Assembly: GCA_038087875.1 (NCBI GenBank)
Contig: CM075992.1
Coordinates: 186,001-224,639, forward strand
Origin: Malacoraja senta
Lineage: Eukaryota
DNA length: 38,639 bases
Direction of reading: 5' to 3'
The notes beneath the pieces were generated by a model. That model had not been told where the DNA came from and did no database searches. It saw only the letters and a list, made by a program, of their open reading frames with translations. Below, one piece after another: positions 1 through 11,620 of the stretch. The translations under genes were made by a program, and so were the position numbers. The first letter of the stretch is position 1. Every line of letters starts with the position of its first letter.

Positions 1-1225
1 CGTGATCTCTAACCCGTGGGGCCCAGGGACATGCGTGATCTCTAACCCGTGGGGCCCAGGGACATGCATGATGACTGACCCGTGGGGACGAGGGACATGC
101 GTGATGACTGACCTGTGAGGCCCAGGGACATGCGTGATCTCTAACCCGTGGGGACGAGGGACATGCGTGATGACTGACCTGTGGGGCCCAGGGACATGCG
201 TGATGACTGACCTGTGAGGCCCAGGGACATGCTGATCTCTAACCCGTGGGGACGAGGGACATGCGTGATGACTGACCTGTGGAGCCCAGGGACATGCGTG
301 ATCTCTAACCCGTGGGGATGAGGGACATGCGTGATGACTGACCTGTGGGGCCCAGGGACATGCGTGATGACTGACCTGTGGGGACGAGGGACATGCGTGA
401 TCTCTAACCCGTGGGGACGAGGGACATACATGATGACTGACCTGTGGGGCACTGGAACATGCGTGATGACTGACCTGTGGGGCCCAGGGACATGCGTGAT
501 CTCTAACCCATGGGGCCCAGGGACATGCGTGATGACTGACCTGTGGGGCACTGGAACATGTGTGATCACTGACCTGTGGGCACTGGAACATGCGTGATGA
601 CTGACCTGTGGGGCCCAGGGACATGCGTGATGACTGGCCTGTGGGGCACTTGAACATGCGTGATCTCTAACCCGTGGGGCCCAGGGACATGCGTGATCTC
701 TAACCCGTGGGGCCCAGGGACATGCGTGATCTCTAACCCGTGGGGCCCAGGGACATGAATGATGACTGACCTGTGGGGCACTGGAACATGCGTGATGACT
801 GACCTGTGGGGCACTGGAACATGCGTGATGACTGACCTGTGGGGCCCCAGGGACATGCGTAATCCCTAACCTGTGGGGCCCAGGGACATGCATGATGACT
901 GACCTGTGGGGCACTGGAACATGCGTGATGACTGACCTGTGGGGCACTGGAACATGCGTGATGACTGACCTGTGGGGCCCAGGGACATGCGTAATCCCTA
1001 ACCTGTGGGGCCCAGGGACATGCATGATGACTGACCTGTGGGGCACTGGAACATGCGTGATGACTGACCTGTGGGGCCCAGGGACATGCGTAATCCCTAA
1101 CCCGTGAGGACGAGGGACATGCGTGATGACTGACCTGTGGGGCCCAGGGACGCGTGATGACTGGCCTGTGGGGCACTGGAACATGCGTGATCACTGACTT
1201 GCCAGTAGGGCCCAGGAACACACGT
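1..1225. repeat. 33-bp minisatellite array (~37 units, runs off the left edge)
   Basis: Unit CGTGATCTCTAACCCGTGGGGCCCAGGGACATG (1-33, then 34-66) with interchangeable variant halves. The ORFs here are 11-aa repeats (HVPGPHRSVIT). Confidence 0.95.
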
Positions 1226-1689
1226 GATGGGTGATCCGGGGGCCCAGGCCAGGTTTATTCATGAATCAACACCATTTGATGCAGGGAACAGCAGCGATCT
1301 GCACAACCCGTCAGTTCACCCACCAATGCATCAGTCACTCACGGTGACTTGGAACCTAGCCCAAGAATCAATCACTCTCATCTATTCCCATCCACAGCTG
1401 TTTTTCCATCAGATTAGAGGGTTAGACTCTGTACATTTTAACTCCGAGCTGCCCATTAACTACTCTGCATACCCATATCAGTAGAGTCACACAGAACTGG
1501 AGATTAGATGTGTATGGGGAGGCAGAGCCAGTCCCTAGGGCCAGACACACACACACACACACAGGAAACTGGTCCAAGTACATCACCCTCACCTGGTGGA
1601 TCAGACCACGTCGGGATGGAAATAAGACATAAACCTGCCATTCGGGAGGTGGTGAGAACACATCTGCTAATGCTACATAATACCCATGA

Positions 1690-1845
1690 GTCTTGGAAAC
1701 ACACCAGGAATAGCAGGTCCTGGGGCAACTGAGGAACAGGTTCAAAGACCCATGAAGGTGGCAGTACAAGTAGACCATGTGTTAGAGAGGGCATGTGGGA
1801 GGGATGCTGGCTTTCATTAGTCTAGCTATGGAATACAAGGGCAGT
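1690..1845 (+). mobile_element. Degraded CR1 LINE ORF2 fragment
   Basis: Resembles the 'LKV..QVD.V.KKA.G.LAFI.R..EYK' region of the better-preserved CR1 copies in this window. Confidence 0.5.
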
Positions 1846-1884
1846 CTCCCTGACTGCACACTGATTTCATAAATCTTTGGTGTT

Positions 1885-1962
1885 CCACACAATAGAACCG
1901 GAGGTCAAAATTGAACCTGGGTCACTGGGGTCGTGAGGCAGCAGCTCGATAAACGATACCAC
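1885..1962 (-). mobile_element. V-SINE tRNA-derived head fragment
   Basis: Plus-strand GAACCTGGGTCACTGGGGTCGTGAGGCAGCAGCTC matches the head of the SINE at 4556-4860. Confidence 0.55.
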
Positions 1963-2225
1963 AGGCACTCTGAGCAACAACTCCAGCTGATCCGTCGGCT
2001 TCTAACCTCAGGGAAAGGCTTTGAAGTCATTTGTGGGCATCAGTGTGTAAATACAGGTCAAACTGGGCAAAGTCTAAACTGGAAGCTTGTTCACAGAGTC
2101 TTGCACGAAAATACACAATGACACCAGGTTCACTGAACGGTGGAAGAGAAGCAGACACGACAGCACGCCCTGATTCTCACAAGTATTTCCTGTAAAAGGC
2201 TGAGCTGAAATGTGAAAACACACAC

Positions 2226-2512
2226 CTCCAGATTCAGGGACAGTTTCTTCCCGGCTGTTATCAGGCAACTGAACAATCCTACCACAACTAGAGAGCAGTG
2301 CTGAACTACTATCTACCTCTTTGGTGACACTCAGGCTATCCTTGATCGGACTTTGCTGGCTTTACCTTGCACTAAACGTTATTCCCTTATCATGTATCTG
2401 TACACTGTGGACGGCTCGATTGTAATCATGTATTGTCTTTCCGCTGGCTGGTTAGCACGCAACAAAAGCTTTTCACTGTACCTCGGTACACGTGACAATA
2501 AACTGAACTGAA
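2226..2512 (+). mobile_element. Rex1/Babar-like LINE 3' end
   Basis: Encodes the Rex1-type C-terminal motif RFRDSFFPAVIRQLN. The 3' UTR has a TGTACC-TC-GGTACA hairpin, AATAAA and a (CTGAA)n tail. Confidence 0.7.
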
Positions 2513-2624
2513 TCTTGTCTTATCAAGTCAAGGGTAATAATGCGACAAAGTACTTTGACCACAGTGGAGGCCGCTCTGCAGATTATCAAACCAACTAATT
2601 TGCATTTACATTTGGTAGTATTCA

Positions 2625-2975
2625 GAGGGATGAGGAATTAAGTCCCACTCCAGAGAGCTGAGCACAAGATTAGGTCCTGTGCTTTGCAGAAAGCATAGAG
2701 CAGTGTCAGATGAGGGTTTAGGGGAGATATTAAACCACCTGCCCCCTGCAGTCATGGATAGACAAGGTCTCATGGCCTTCTGTGACGGAGTGATGGTGCA
2801 GTGAATATCTCCTCCTCACAGTCTGATAGATACACAAGAGATGGCAGGCAGTTGTTGGAATATGGAGCACCACAGATGCTGCTAGACCTGCCGGGATCCT
2901 CCAGCAGTTTACAAAAAACATATTGTAGGGTGATGCTCATGTTGCAGTTTGTGGGATCTTGCCGAGTGCTGTCTC
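2625..2975 (+). mobile_element. Ancient Deu-domain (SacSINE1/AmnSINE-like) SINE relic
   Basis: AAGTCCCACTCCAGAG..TGAGCACA head-like sequence and a TTTGTGGGATCTTGC motif shared with the copy at 10240-10440. Confidence 0.4.
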
Positions 2976-3446
2976 TCGTTTATGACAAATCACGTGCTCT
3001 ACAGGGGATATATTGCCCGGCACCACACTCACACTCACATTCCTGCTCGTCTCACAGAATTTATAAAAAGGATCAAAAATGCAAATGATCAATAAGTGAT
3101 TGGGAGACGCTGAGCTCATTGATCCATCAGCGAGTTTCTGAGGAGAATGTGAATCACACTGATGAGATCTGTCCAAGCGTAACGCGGACAGTTAGATGTT
3201 TCAGCAAGACCGTAATATCAGGTGTACAATTAGATCAATTATAAATATTGGAGCTAATGAGAATGATTATCCATTTTTAAAAATTCTTATGGAATGTGGG
3301 ATCGCTGGCCAGACCAGAATTAATTGCTTTTCCCCTAATTGCTCCCTGTTCTAATGGCTTGTTGGGCCAGGCCAGAGGACAGTTTGGAGTTGGCCACTTC
3401 AATGCGCGTCTGGGACACATAGGAATGGACAACAGACCTTCTGATC

Positions 3447-3542
3447 AGTCTGAAGAAGGGTCTCGACCTGAAACATCACCCATTCCTTCTCTCCAGAGAT
3501 GCTGCCTGTCCTGTTGAGTTACTCTAGCATTTTGTGTCTACC
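3447..3542 (+). mobile_element. Short Penelope-derived element with hammerhead-like motif
   Basis: CTGAAGAAGGGTCTCGACCTGAAACATC (3450-3477) followed by the shared body AGAGATGCTGCC..GAGTTACT. Confidence 0.8.
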
Positions 3543-3659
3543 TCCTGCTCTATCGACACAAGGAAAAGTTTTATGGAAATTCAATCATAATATTGTCATC
3601 AGCCTTATTGATACAAACTTTTCATTCCTGCTGTATTCACATAAACCAATTTGAAGGAG

Positions 3660-3960
3660 TTGTAGTGGTGCTGCCTCGCAGCTCCAGTGAAATGTGATCA
3701 TCCCTGACCTTATTGCTGCCTGTGTGGAGTTTGCACGTTTTCCCTGTAACCGTGTGGGTTTTCTCCAAGTGCTCTGGTTCCTCCCAAAGACATGCGGTTG
3801 ATCAGCTGCAGTCAATCAGCCTTCGTGTACGTGGAGAATTGGAGTGGGTTTTGTTGGGAACGGGAGCAGAATGTGTTACAAGGATATGTGTGTGGGGCCA
3901 GAGATGACAGGGTTACTCAGAGAGCTGGCACAAATACTATGGGTCAAACATCCTGCCTCT
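3660..3960 (+). mobile_element. Degraded V-SINE
   Basis: V-domain GTGTGGAGTTTGCACGTT..GTGGGTTTTCTCC..GGTTCCTCCCAAAGACATGC. Confidence 0.7.
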
Positions 3961-4309
3961 ATGTCACAATATATATAAATGAGAATAGTTCAACCAAGCA
4001 CCACGCAGACAACAGTCAGCTCCACAGTGGTGGGGTGAGATCTATAACACTGTGGAGCTGACTGTTGTACCATTGATAGGTGAAACATATCCGGTTAGGA
4101 CTGGTTTCAGTAATGGTAGAGGGGTGGTTTTCAATTATCTTGATCTTCATCCAGTCTACCCTGAGATGGGGGGAGGTGTTGTGAGCAGTGTGATTCTGTC
4201 ACCTTAACATCAGTACTCAGTAGTTGTGTCAGATGTCTGTTGGTCATCCTGACTGTCTGGTCCTCGTCCTATCCAAACCCCTATGTTTTAGTACTGTTTG
4301 GCTTTTTGT

Positions 4310-4455
4310 TTTAAACAGACACGTGGACAGGTACGTGGACAGGTACGTGGACAGGAAAGGTCTGGAGGGATCTGGAGCAAATGGGACTGGGTTAGATGGG
4401 GCAAGGATAAGTTGGGCCAAAGGGGCTGTTTCCTTGCTACATGACTCTATAACCC
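4310..4455 (+). mobile_element. CR1 3' end fragment with internal 12-bp tandem repeat
   Basis: The DRYVDRKGLEG.G terminus resembles the CR1 ORF2 end; (ACGTGGACAGGT) is repeated about three times; CR1-type tail GGGCCAAAGGGGCTGTTTCC. Confidence 0.65.
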
Positions 4456-4555
4456 AAACCATTAATGTTTGCTTGGAATGTAGGAGACTGACCCGCCCTT
4501 CTAGTCCATGCCAACTCACAGAACAATCCAATTCCACACTAATTTTCTCCTAATC

Positions 4556-4860
4556 TTTTTAGTTTAGAGATACAGCGTGGAAACTCTGGGCCTTCAGCCC
4601 ACCGGGTCCGCGCCGACCAGCGATCCCCGCACACTAACACTATCCTACACACACTAGGGACAATGTACAATTTTAAACCAAAGCTAATTAGCCTACAAAC
4701 CTGCATGTCTTTGGAGTGTGGGAAGAAACCAGAGCACCCGGGGAAAACCCACACGGTCACGGGGAGAACGTACATACTCCGTACAGACAGCACCCGTGGT
4801 CAGGCTCGAACCCAGGTCTCTGGCGCTGTGAGGCTGCAGCTCTACCGCTGCGCTACCCTG
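4556..4860 (-). mobile_element. Near full-length V-SINE (HE1-like)
   Basis: Minus strand carries box A TAGCGCAGCGG, box B GGTTCGAGCC, a V-domain, a CR1-like GGGCTGAAGGGCC..TTTCC tail and a CTAAA repeat end. Confidence 0.9.
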
Positions 4861-4904
4861 TTCTGCTCTCTCTAAATTCCCAGCAACTTCTCCTGCTCCC
4901 AATT

Positions 4905-5020
4905 CTAACCCCCACATGTATTTGGGATGTGGGAGGAAACTGGAGCATGGGAGTAATGTGTAAACTCCACATAGAGGTCGAGATTGAACCTGGGCACTGG
5001 AGCTGAGAGGTGGTACCTCT
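4905..5020 (-). mobile_element. Older V-SINE fragment
   Basis: Plus-strand GGGATGTGGGAGGAAACTGGAGCA..AAACTCCAC..GAACCTGGG. Confidence 0.6.
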
Positions 5021-5029
5021 TCTTGCTGC

Positions 5030-5338
5030 ATTGCTGTCTGTGTGGAGTTTACGTGTTTTCCCTGGATTTCCCCCGGGTGTTCTGGTTTCCAAAGATGTGT
5101 GGATCAGAAGGTTAATTGCCTGCAGTACATTGCCCCTGGCGTGTAGGGGAGTGGTCGTATCTGAGGGAGCTTGATGGGACTTTTTGGCAACAATAGCTTT
5201 TCACTGTACCTCGGTACACGTGACAATAAACTAACCGAATGTGGGGGATTAAAAATGAGACCGGTGTCGTGTTAGTGTTAATTGCTGCAAAAAGGTCAGC
5301 AAGAGCTCGATGGGCTGAAGGCCAGTTTCTGTGCTCTC
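5030..5338 (+). mobile_element. Older V-SINE interrupted by a Rex1-type 3' tail (~5188-5235)
   Basis: V-domain at 5032-5100 and CR1-like tail at 5310-5335. The insert GCTTTTCACTGTACCTCGGTACACGTGACAATAAACT is identical to the tail at ~2468-2504. Confidence 0.7.
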
Positions 5339-5410
5339 AATGGGAAAATTCAGCCCCTCCTTTGCACAAGGATGTATGACCCTACTGGGCAACAAATGGT
5401 TAGCACTAAG

Positions 5411-5512
5411 AAAACAATGTCTGAAGAAGGGTTTCGGCCCAAAACATTGCCTATTTCCTTCGTTCCATAGATGCTGCCTCACCCGCTGAGTTTCTCCAAC
5501 ATTTTTGTCTAC
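5411..5512 (+). mobile_element. Short Penelope-derived element with hammerhead-like motif (second subfamily)
   Basis: CTGAAGAAGGGTTTCGGCCCAAAACATT (5421-5448). Flanked by CAAATGGTTA(GC)ACTAAG at 5393-5410 and 5513-5528. Confidence 0.8.
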
Positions 5513-6021
5513 CAAATGGTTAACTAAGTGGCGCAGAATTGCATAGGCAGCTACCGGAGAATAAATGAAAGTTTAAAAAAAATTCTAGCTGGCAGCCACT
5601 GGCAATCATACTTCCTTCAGTGTGAAATAGATAAAAGGCAATGATACCGCATTCAGGTCCATTCCAGAGACAAAGGACTGAAATTGTGTTTTTAAAAAAT
5701 CAATGAAGAGTCTTAGCGCTCAATAACATGGCCCATCTATCAGACAACTGCAACCTCATGCACACGGCAATGAGAAGAGCTGGGATTTATATTTACTTTC
5801 ACATTGTCCTTGTTCACGTCTGACTTTCATCAGGCAGCCGGCGGCAGCTTGCTGCAGAATCCNNNNNNNNNNNNNNNNNNNNNNNNNNNNNNNNNNNNNN
5901 NNNNNNNNNNNNNNNNNNNNNNNNNNNNNNNNNNNNNNNNNNNNNNNNNNNNNNNNNNNNNNNNNNNNNNNNNNNNNNNNNNNNNNNNNNNNNNNNNNNN
6001 NNNNNNNNNNNNNNNNNNNNN

Positions 6022-7085
6022 ATACACCCCACATATGGACACACACACGGACACACACACGGACACGCACATGGACACACACACACGGACATACACACAT
6101 GGACACGGACACACACACACACGCATACACACCACATATGGACACACACACGGACACACACACGGACACACATATGGACACACACACGGACACACACACG
6201 GACACACACATGGACACACACATGGACACACACACACGGACATACACACATGGACACGGACACACACACATGGACACACACATGGACACACACACACGGA
6301 CACACACACACACGGACACACACACGGACATACACACACATACGGACACACACACGCACATTTACATGCATACACACCGCGTACGAACACACACACACGG
6401 ACATACACGGACACACACACAAGGACATATATACATATCCACAGACACGCACACACACGGACATACGCACATAGGGACATACACGCATACACACCATACA
6501 TGGACACACACCACACATGGACAGACATGGGGACACACACACATGGACATACACACACGGACACACACACACGGACACACACACGGACATACACACATAC
6601 ACACCATACATGGACACACACCACACNNNNNNNNNNNNNNNNNNNNNNNNNNNNNNNNNNNNNNNNNNNNNNNNNNNNNNNNNNNNNNNNNNNNNNNNNN
6701 NNNNNNNNNNNNNNNNNNNNNNNNNNNNNNNNNNNNNNNNNNNNNNNNNNNNNNNNNNNNNNNNNNNNNNNNNNNNNNNNNNNNNNNNNNNNNNNNNNCG
6801 GACATACACATACATGGACACACACACACGGGGATACACACACGGACACACATACACACACACACGGGGGACACACACACGGACACACACACACGGACAT
6901 GCACACGGACATACACACATACACACCATACATGGACACACACCACACATGGACATACACGGGGACACACACACGGACATACACACCGACACACGGACAG
7001 ACATGGACATACACACACATGGACAGATAGACACGTCTACACATAGTCATGCAGTCACACACACACGCACCACCACACGCACACG
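6022..7085. repeat. Compound (CA)n/GGACAC microsatellite with N-runs at 5863-6021 and 6627-6798
   Basis: Directly visible in the sequence. Confidence 0.95.
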
Positions 7086-7895
7086 CATCCCATCCATGAA
7101 GGGGTTGAGAGACCTTGGACAGATTGTGACGGGTGAAGAGACAGCAAGAGAGGGTGTGGGTAAACATGGATCTGATCACAATGGTAAAGGGACAATGGTC
7201 ATTCACAGGGCCACACACATCTTGTCATTTGTAAATATATTTCACTGCAGTTCTGGGCTGCGAGTGGGGGGAGGGAAGCCTAAGCATTGATTTGCATTTT
7301 AATTTTATTGGCTATTTTATCTGACAGGCCCAGGAGCTACGAGAAAGCAATTTTCAACATAAATGCTTCATTTTAATTTCCAATTTTTATTTGCTCAGAG
7401 CAGCTGGTGGTGGTATTTTCACAATCCCTTGACTGTGACGGCACGCACTGGGGAAGGGAACATCTCTCACATACAGTAGGGCCGTGGTGATAGCCTGTAC
7501 CAGATGGGCACACATCGTCACGGTGAACCATGTCCAGCTCTCCAGCAATGGGCCCCACTGATATCAACATGTGACACCACGGCCCCCAATGGTCCAACAT
7601 ACCAGGGATGGCCACAACTACACAGCGGGAAGACTAGAGCCGGTGTCTCAGGGTCCATCCCCCATTCAGCTGGAATAGAGTGTTCACACCCACTCTCATG
7701 CCCACAGCTGCCCTCCCCAACTCAACCAACCTATTGCTGAAACCTCACAGGAGCCATCATTACCTCTTGACCAGAACTCCTCAAACAACTCTCCATAAAT
7801 TCCTCATCTGAAACTCTGCTGCCGTAGGATAACCTGCCTTATGTCCCCTCCCTCTAACCTCCCTCTGCCTTACCTGCTGAGTCTTTACAGCAGTA

Positions 7896-8038
7896 AAGAC
7901 ACAAAATGCTAGAGTAACTCAGCGGGTCAGGCAGCCTCTCTGCAGAACATGGACAGGTAACGTTTTGGGTCGGAACCCTTCCTCAGTTGGAAGAGGTTTC
8001 CGACCCTCGGTAAACCAGCTTCTGCAGTTCCTTGTTCT
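7896..8038 (-). mobile_element. Penelope-derived hammerhead element with an inverted degenerate partner
   Basis: Minus strand CTGAGGAAGGGTTCCGACCCAAAACGTTACC, then a plus-strand remnant ending AAACCAGCTTCTGCAGTTCCTTG. Imperfect flanking repeat at 7880-7895 and 8039-8054. Confidence 0.7.
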
Positions 8039-8683
8039 AGTGTTTACAACATTATATTTCACATTTCCAGCATCCACGTCGAATATAGAAAATTATACAC
8101 AGGAATAGTTTATGAAAAACGGAAAATAGCATCCTGAAATTTTTAATAAAACAATCCCCAGCTGACAAAGATACATCTCCCCTGTATCTGAGAACAATCT
8201 TGGCAAAAAACGTGAAGGTTTCTTGCTTCTAAAATAGACGTGACCGCCTCCTTTAGCTGAGGCATCTGTTCAGTATTCAGACCCAATGCCACAAAACACA
8301 ACACATGGCAGACCCAGAAGCAGAAGGAACATTGTTTCAATTCCAGAGAAGGATCTCTTGCTCCAGCTCAGAGTCTCTGATGAAGAAGCAGATGTGAGAC
8401 AGGAATTGTAATCAGTGACATATGTTCCACCCCATCATCCTGTAGCAGCCAGGCAGTCAGTGTGCATCGTCAGCTCGCTGTTTTAAGTGGGTCAATTCGA
8501 GAGAGAGTGGCCAAGAGAGGTGTAATCAGCACAAGTGACAGGTGAATAGATCTGAGAAGATTATAAAGCTGCAAACACACAGCAGCCTATGAGTGAGCAC
8601 ATCATCTCTGTTGTGGATCTGTTTCCACAGAGAGACTCTTGCTGCCATTAACTTTCCTTCCTGCTTTCAGGATACAGGAAAGC

Positions 8684-9000
8684 TTTAGTTTTATTCTTTA
8701 CTTTAGAGATACAGTGCAGAAACAAACCCTTCAGCCAACTGAGTACACGCCAACCTGTGACCCTCGTACACCAACACTGTCCAACACACTAGGGACAATT
8801 TTCAATTTACCAAAGCAAATTAACCTACAAACCTGTACGTCTTTGGAGTGTGGGAGGAAACCAGAGCACCCCGGAGTAAACTCATGCGGTGATGGGGAGA
8901 ACGTGCAAACTCCATACAGACAGCAGCCGAGGTCAGGATCGAACCTGGGTCTCTGGCGTCAAGAAGCAGCAAATCTACCCTCTGTGCCTCTGTGCCACCT
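8684..9000 (-). mobile_element. Near full-length V-SINE
   Basis: Colinear with 4556-4860; box B GGTTCGATCC on the minus strand. Confidence 0.85.
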
Positions 9001-9571
9001 CCTGTGCTTAACATTAATCTGCCCATGGCCACTTCTCAGGGGGAAACCTCAGGAAAACTCGACCCAATCTAGCTGTTAGGGCCAGCTCTGCATTAGGGTT
9101 GTGGCTGTGGTGTTTATCTCAGCTGTTGTGTAGGTGTCTGTTTGGGTCTGAACTTCACCCTTCCACTTCCCCTCATGCCCTGGGGGCAGGGAACCTCACC
9201 CAGCCCAAATAGCTTGGGGTCAAATCTTGCAGAACTTCCCAGGCATTTTGCGAGGTCAACCTGCGGGGTAAATGCAGTGTCATGAACCATTTCAGTGGCG
9301 GCCCTGGGGAGAGGCTCCATCTGTCCTTGGTTGTCTGACCTTTGCCCTGCAGCTAAATGGAAGCTAATAAATATTGTAGGATCGCTGCACCAACACAGAT
9401 TCACAAAGATGATCGAGACACAAAGCTTTGGCCCACTCATTCTCCACCACAAGATGAGTGGGGGCTGTTCATGGATTAACTCAACTTGCATTTCACAAGT
9501 CACTGGGGGATAATTACCAGCTTGCTCTGGCCAAGCCTGGCCCTGATCATGGCCCTGATGCCACAGAAACG

Positions 9572-9615
9572 TTTCACTGTACCTCGCTACACGTGACAAT
9601 TAACTGTAACTGTAA
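9572..9615 (+). mobile_element. Rex1-type 3' tail fragment
   Basis: TTTCACTGTACCTCGCTACACGTGACAAT. Confidence 0.6.
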
Positions 9616-10239
9616 ACCCCCCCCCCCCTTCAACCGCGGTGCTGCAAGAGCCGACCAACCTGTTCCATTTAATATAATTTCCACGGCAGGATGTTAATTC
9701 ATAAATGTTGAACAGATTCGAAGTGTACGGAGCAGGCAGCAGGGATGGGGAGACAGATGTTACAATGTCCCTCAGCAATCTGGCCTGTTTGCAAAAATCA
9801 ATTCCAGTCTTTCTCTGCTCTCTTTGAAGTGATCCATCTTGCAGACATGAAGTGTCATTGCAGCTTTGGTGAGTTGCCAGCACACGGTCGGTCTCCTACC
9901 AGCAATGACGCCAGAGTTCCAGAACATGGTCTCCTACCTCCAGTGACTACAGACCCACCATCGCTTCACCAACATCTGCAGAGCAGCCACAGTGTTGCCG
10001 GTGTGGTTTAACCGCACCAGTGACTTGCTGAGCCTCAGCTGTAACCAGACTCTGCTGACTCAAGTCTCAACAGCCAGCTTAGGGAAAAACAAAACTAAAC
10101 CAGAACATGTTGGACCTATTCACTGTCGGACAGCCTTTGTGGAACATCATTGCTGAGCTGAACTGTTTGCTCTTGTGCGTCTCGCCACAGATGCTGCCCG
10201 ACCCACTGAGTGATTCATTCCACACTGAGCTGTGGTCTC

Positions 10240-10440
10240 CCTCTGCTGAGGTATTGCATGATGAAATGGTCTCCCACCACGGAGGGTCATCAACGTTCCC
10301 ATCGCGCTACTTCAACAGGATCCCCCAGATCCTGGCCAACATTTACCCTCAACCCACATCCCTTAGACGGTCACAAGAGGGTGTGGGATCTTGCTGTGCC
10401 ACAAGCTGACTGCATTTTCTGCATCTACTACAGTGACCAG
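10240..10440 (+). mobile_element. Deu-domain SINE relic
   Basis: TCCTGGCCAACATTTACCCTCAACC and GTGGGATCTTGCTGTGC..TACTACAGTGAC resemble the Deu domain of SacSINE1/AmnSINE1. Confidence 0.6.
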
Positions 10441-10462
10441 ACACAAAGCCACTGTGTAAGCT

Positions 10463-10650
10463 CATAAATTCCTGGAGCAGAATTAGGCTATTCGGCCCAT
10501 GAAGTCTACTCCGCCATTCAATCATAGCTCGTCTATCTTTCTCCTGCATTCTCCCCATAACCCCTGACACCCATAGTAATCAATAATCTGCCAATACCCA
10601 TTGACTTGGCCTCCACAGCCATCTGTGGGATTGTTCCACAGATTCACCAG
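10463..10650 (-). mobile_element. CR1 3' end fragment
   Basis: GGAGCAGAATTAGGCTATTCGGCC..CCGCCATTCAATCAT is the reverse complement of the 3' UTR type seen at 15910-15970. Confidence 0.8.
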
Positions 10651-10711
10651 CCTAGCTTCAAAGAGCTGGCAGATATCCTGGGGCACTCCCATGAGAAACA
10701 TGCATCCACTC

Positions 10712-10790
10712 CAGAGAGAAGGTCTCCGACCCAAAACATCATGGCTGCTGCTGTCACCACAGATGCTGCCCAACTGCTTGAGAGTTTCCT
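10712..10790 (+). mobile_element. Highly degenerate Penelope-derived hammerhead element
   Basis: AGAAGGTCTCCGACCCAAAACATC..CACAGATGCTGCC. Confidence 0.5.
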
Positions 10791-11437
10791 GTAGTGTCGA
10801 CCTTTATCCCATCCAACCAAATTACGCCGGGATACTCGGTGGGGCTAGTATTGGTGAGGCTGCTCTGCAACGAGTGTGGTGCAACTCAGCAAACTAAAGG
10901 GCCTTGTTTACCGGGAAGACACTTGTGTTGATGATTCTGATAATTCCCACCTTTATCACCTCCATTCCTTCTAGCTGGTATCACTGAGGTGACACCAGCA
11001 GTTTCACACTTCTGAACGTGAAGGTGGTAATGGTGCAGTGATTAGCACAACATAATTCACTTCGACAAGTGTGCCTCTAAGTAAAGACTTTTCACAGGTA
11101 CAAGTCGAGACACTTTAATCCATTTGCAAGTGATAGGGCAGAGCAAACTGATGGGAACAAACAGAATGAGGAGCTCACCGACCAAGGCAGTCAAGTCAAG
11201 AGTGGTTTATTGGTTCAAGGTTTAAGGCTACCTGTCTCCAAGATGACAAACTCAGTCCTGACCGTCACTCCCACCTGTGTTTCAGGTGAGGTGAGGCTCA
11301 GTAGGAGGGAAGCAGCCTCAGCTCAGAGTTGGGAGACCACCAATCCATGTCCAGATACATGAGCCCAGACTGCCAGCCGGCCACACCAGTGGGAGTGCTG
11401 CATTGTCAGAGGCAGCAGCGCCTGGTAATGATGTCGT

Positions 11438-11620
11438 GGTCTCTCTCACACAGAATACATAATGTTGTAGAGGTCTCTCTCACACTGAATACACAATATT
11501 ATAGAGGTCTCTCTCACACACTAAACACGTCATCTTGTAGAGGTCTCACACTGAATACACAATATTCTAGAGGTCTCTCTCACACTGAATACGTAATATT
11601 GTGGAGGTCTCACACTGAAT
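11438..11620. repeat. ~30-36-bp minisatellite (about five units)
   Basis: Variants of GAGGTCTC(TC)nACACTGAATACACAATATT. Confidence 0.85.

Noticed and set aside
141-1221. His/Pro-rich ORFs up to 347 aa
   Set aside because: They are translations of a 33-bp minisatellite, with frame-switching indels and no splice or start context.
1-1225. CRISPR-like periodicity
   Set aside because: There are no unique spacers or cas genes, and the context is vertebrate.
3436-3550. TSD for the copy at 3450
   Set aside because: The match is only 9/11 and overlaps element sequence, so it was not counted.
4790-4860. tRNA gene
   Set aside because: The A and B boxes belong to the tRNA-derived head of a V-SINE.
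5756-7290. Long HT/CV-rich ORFs
   Set aside because: Artefacts of (CA)n repeats and N-runs.
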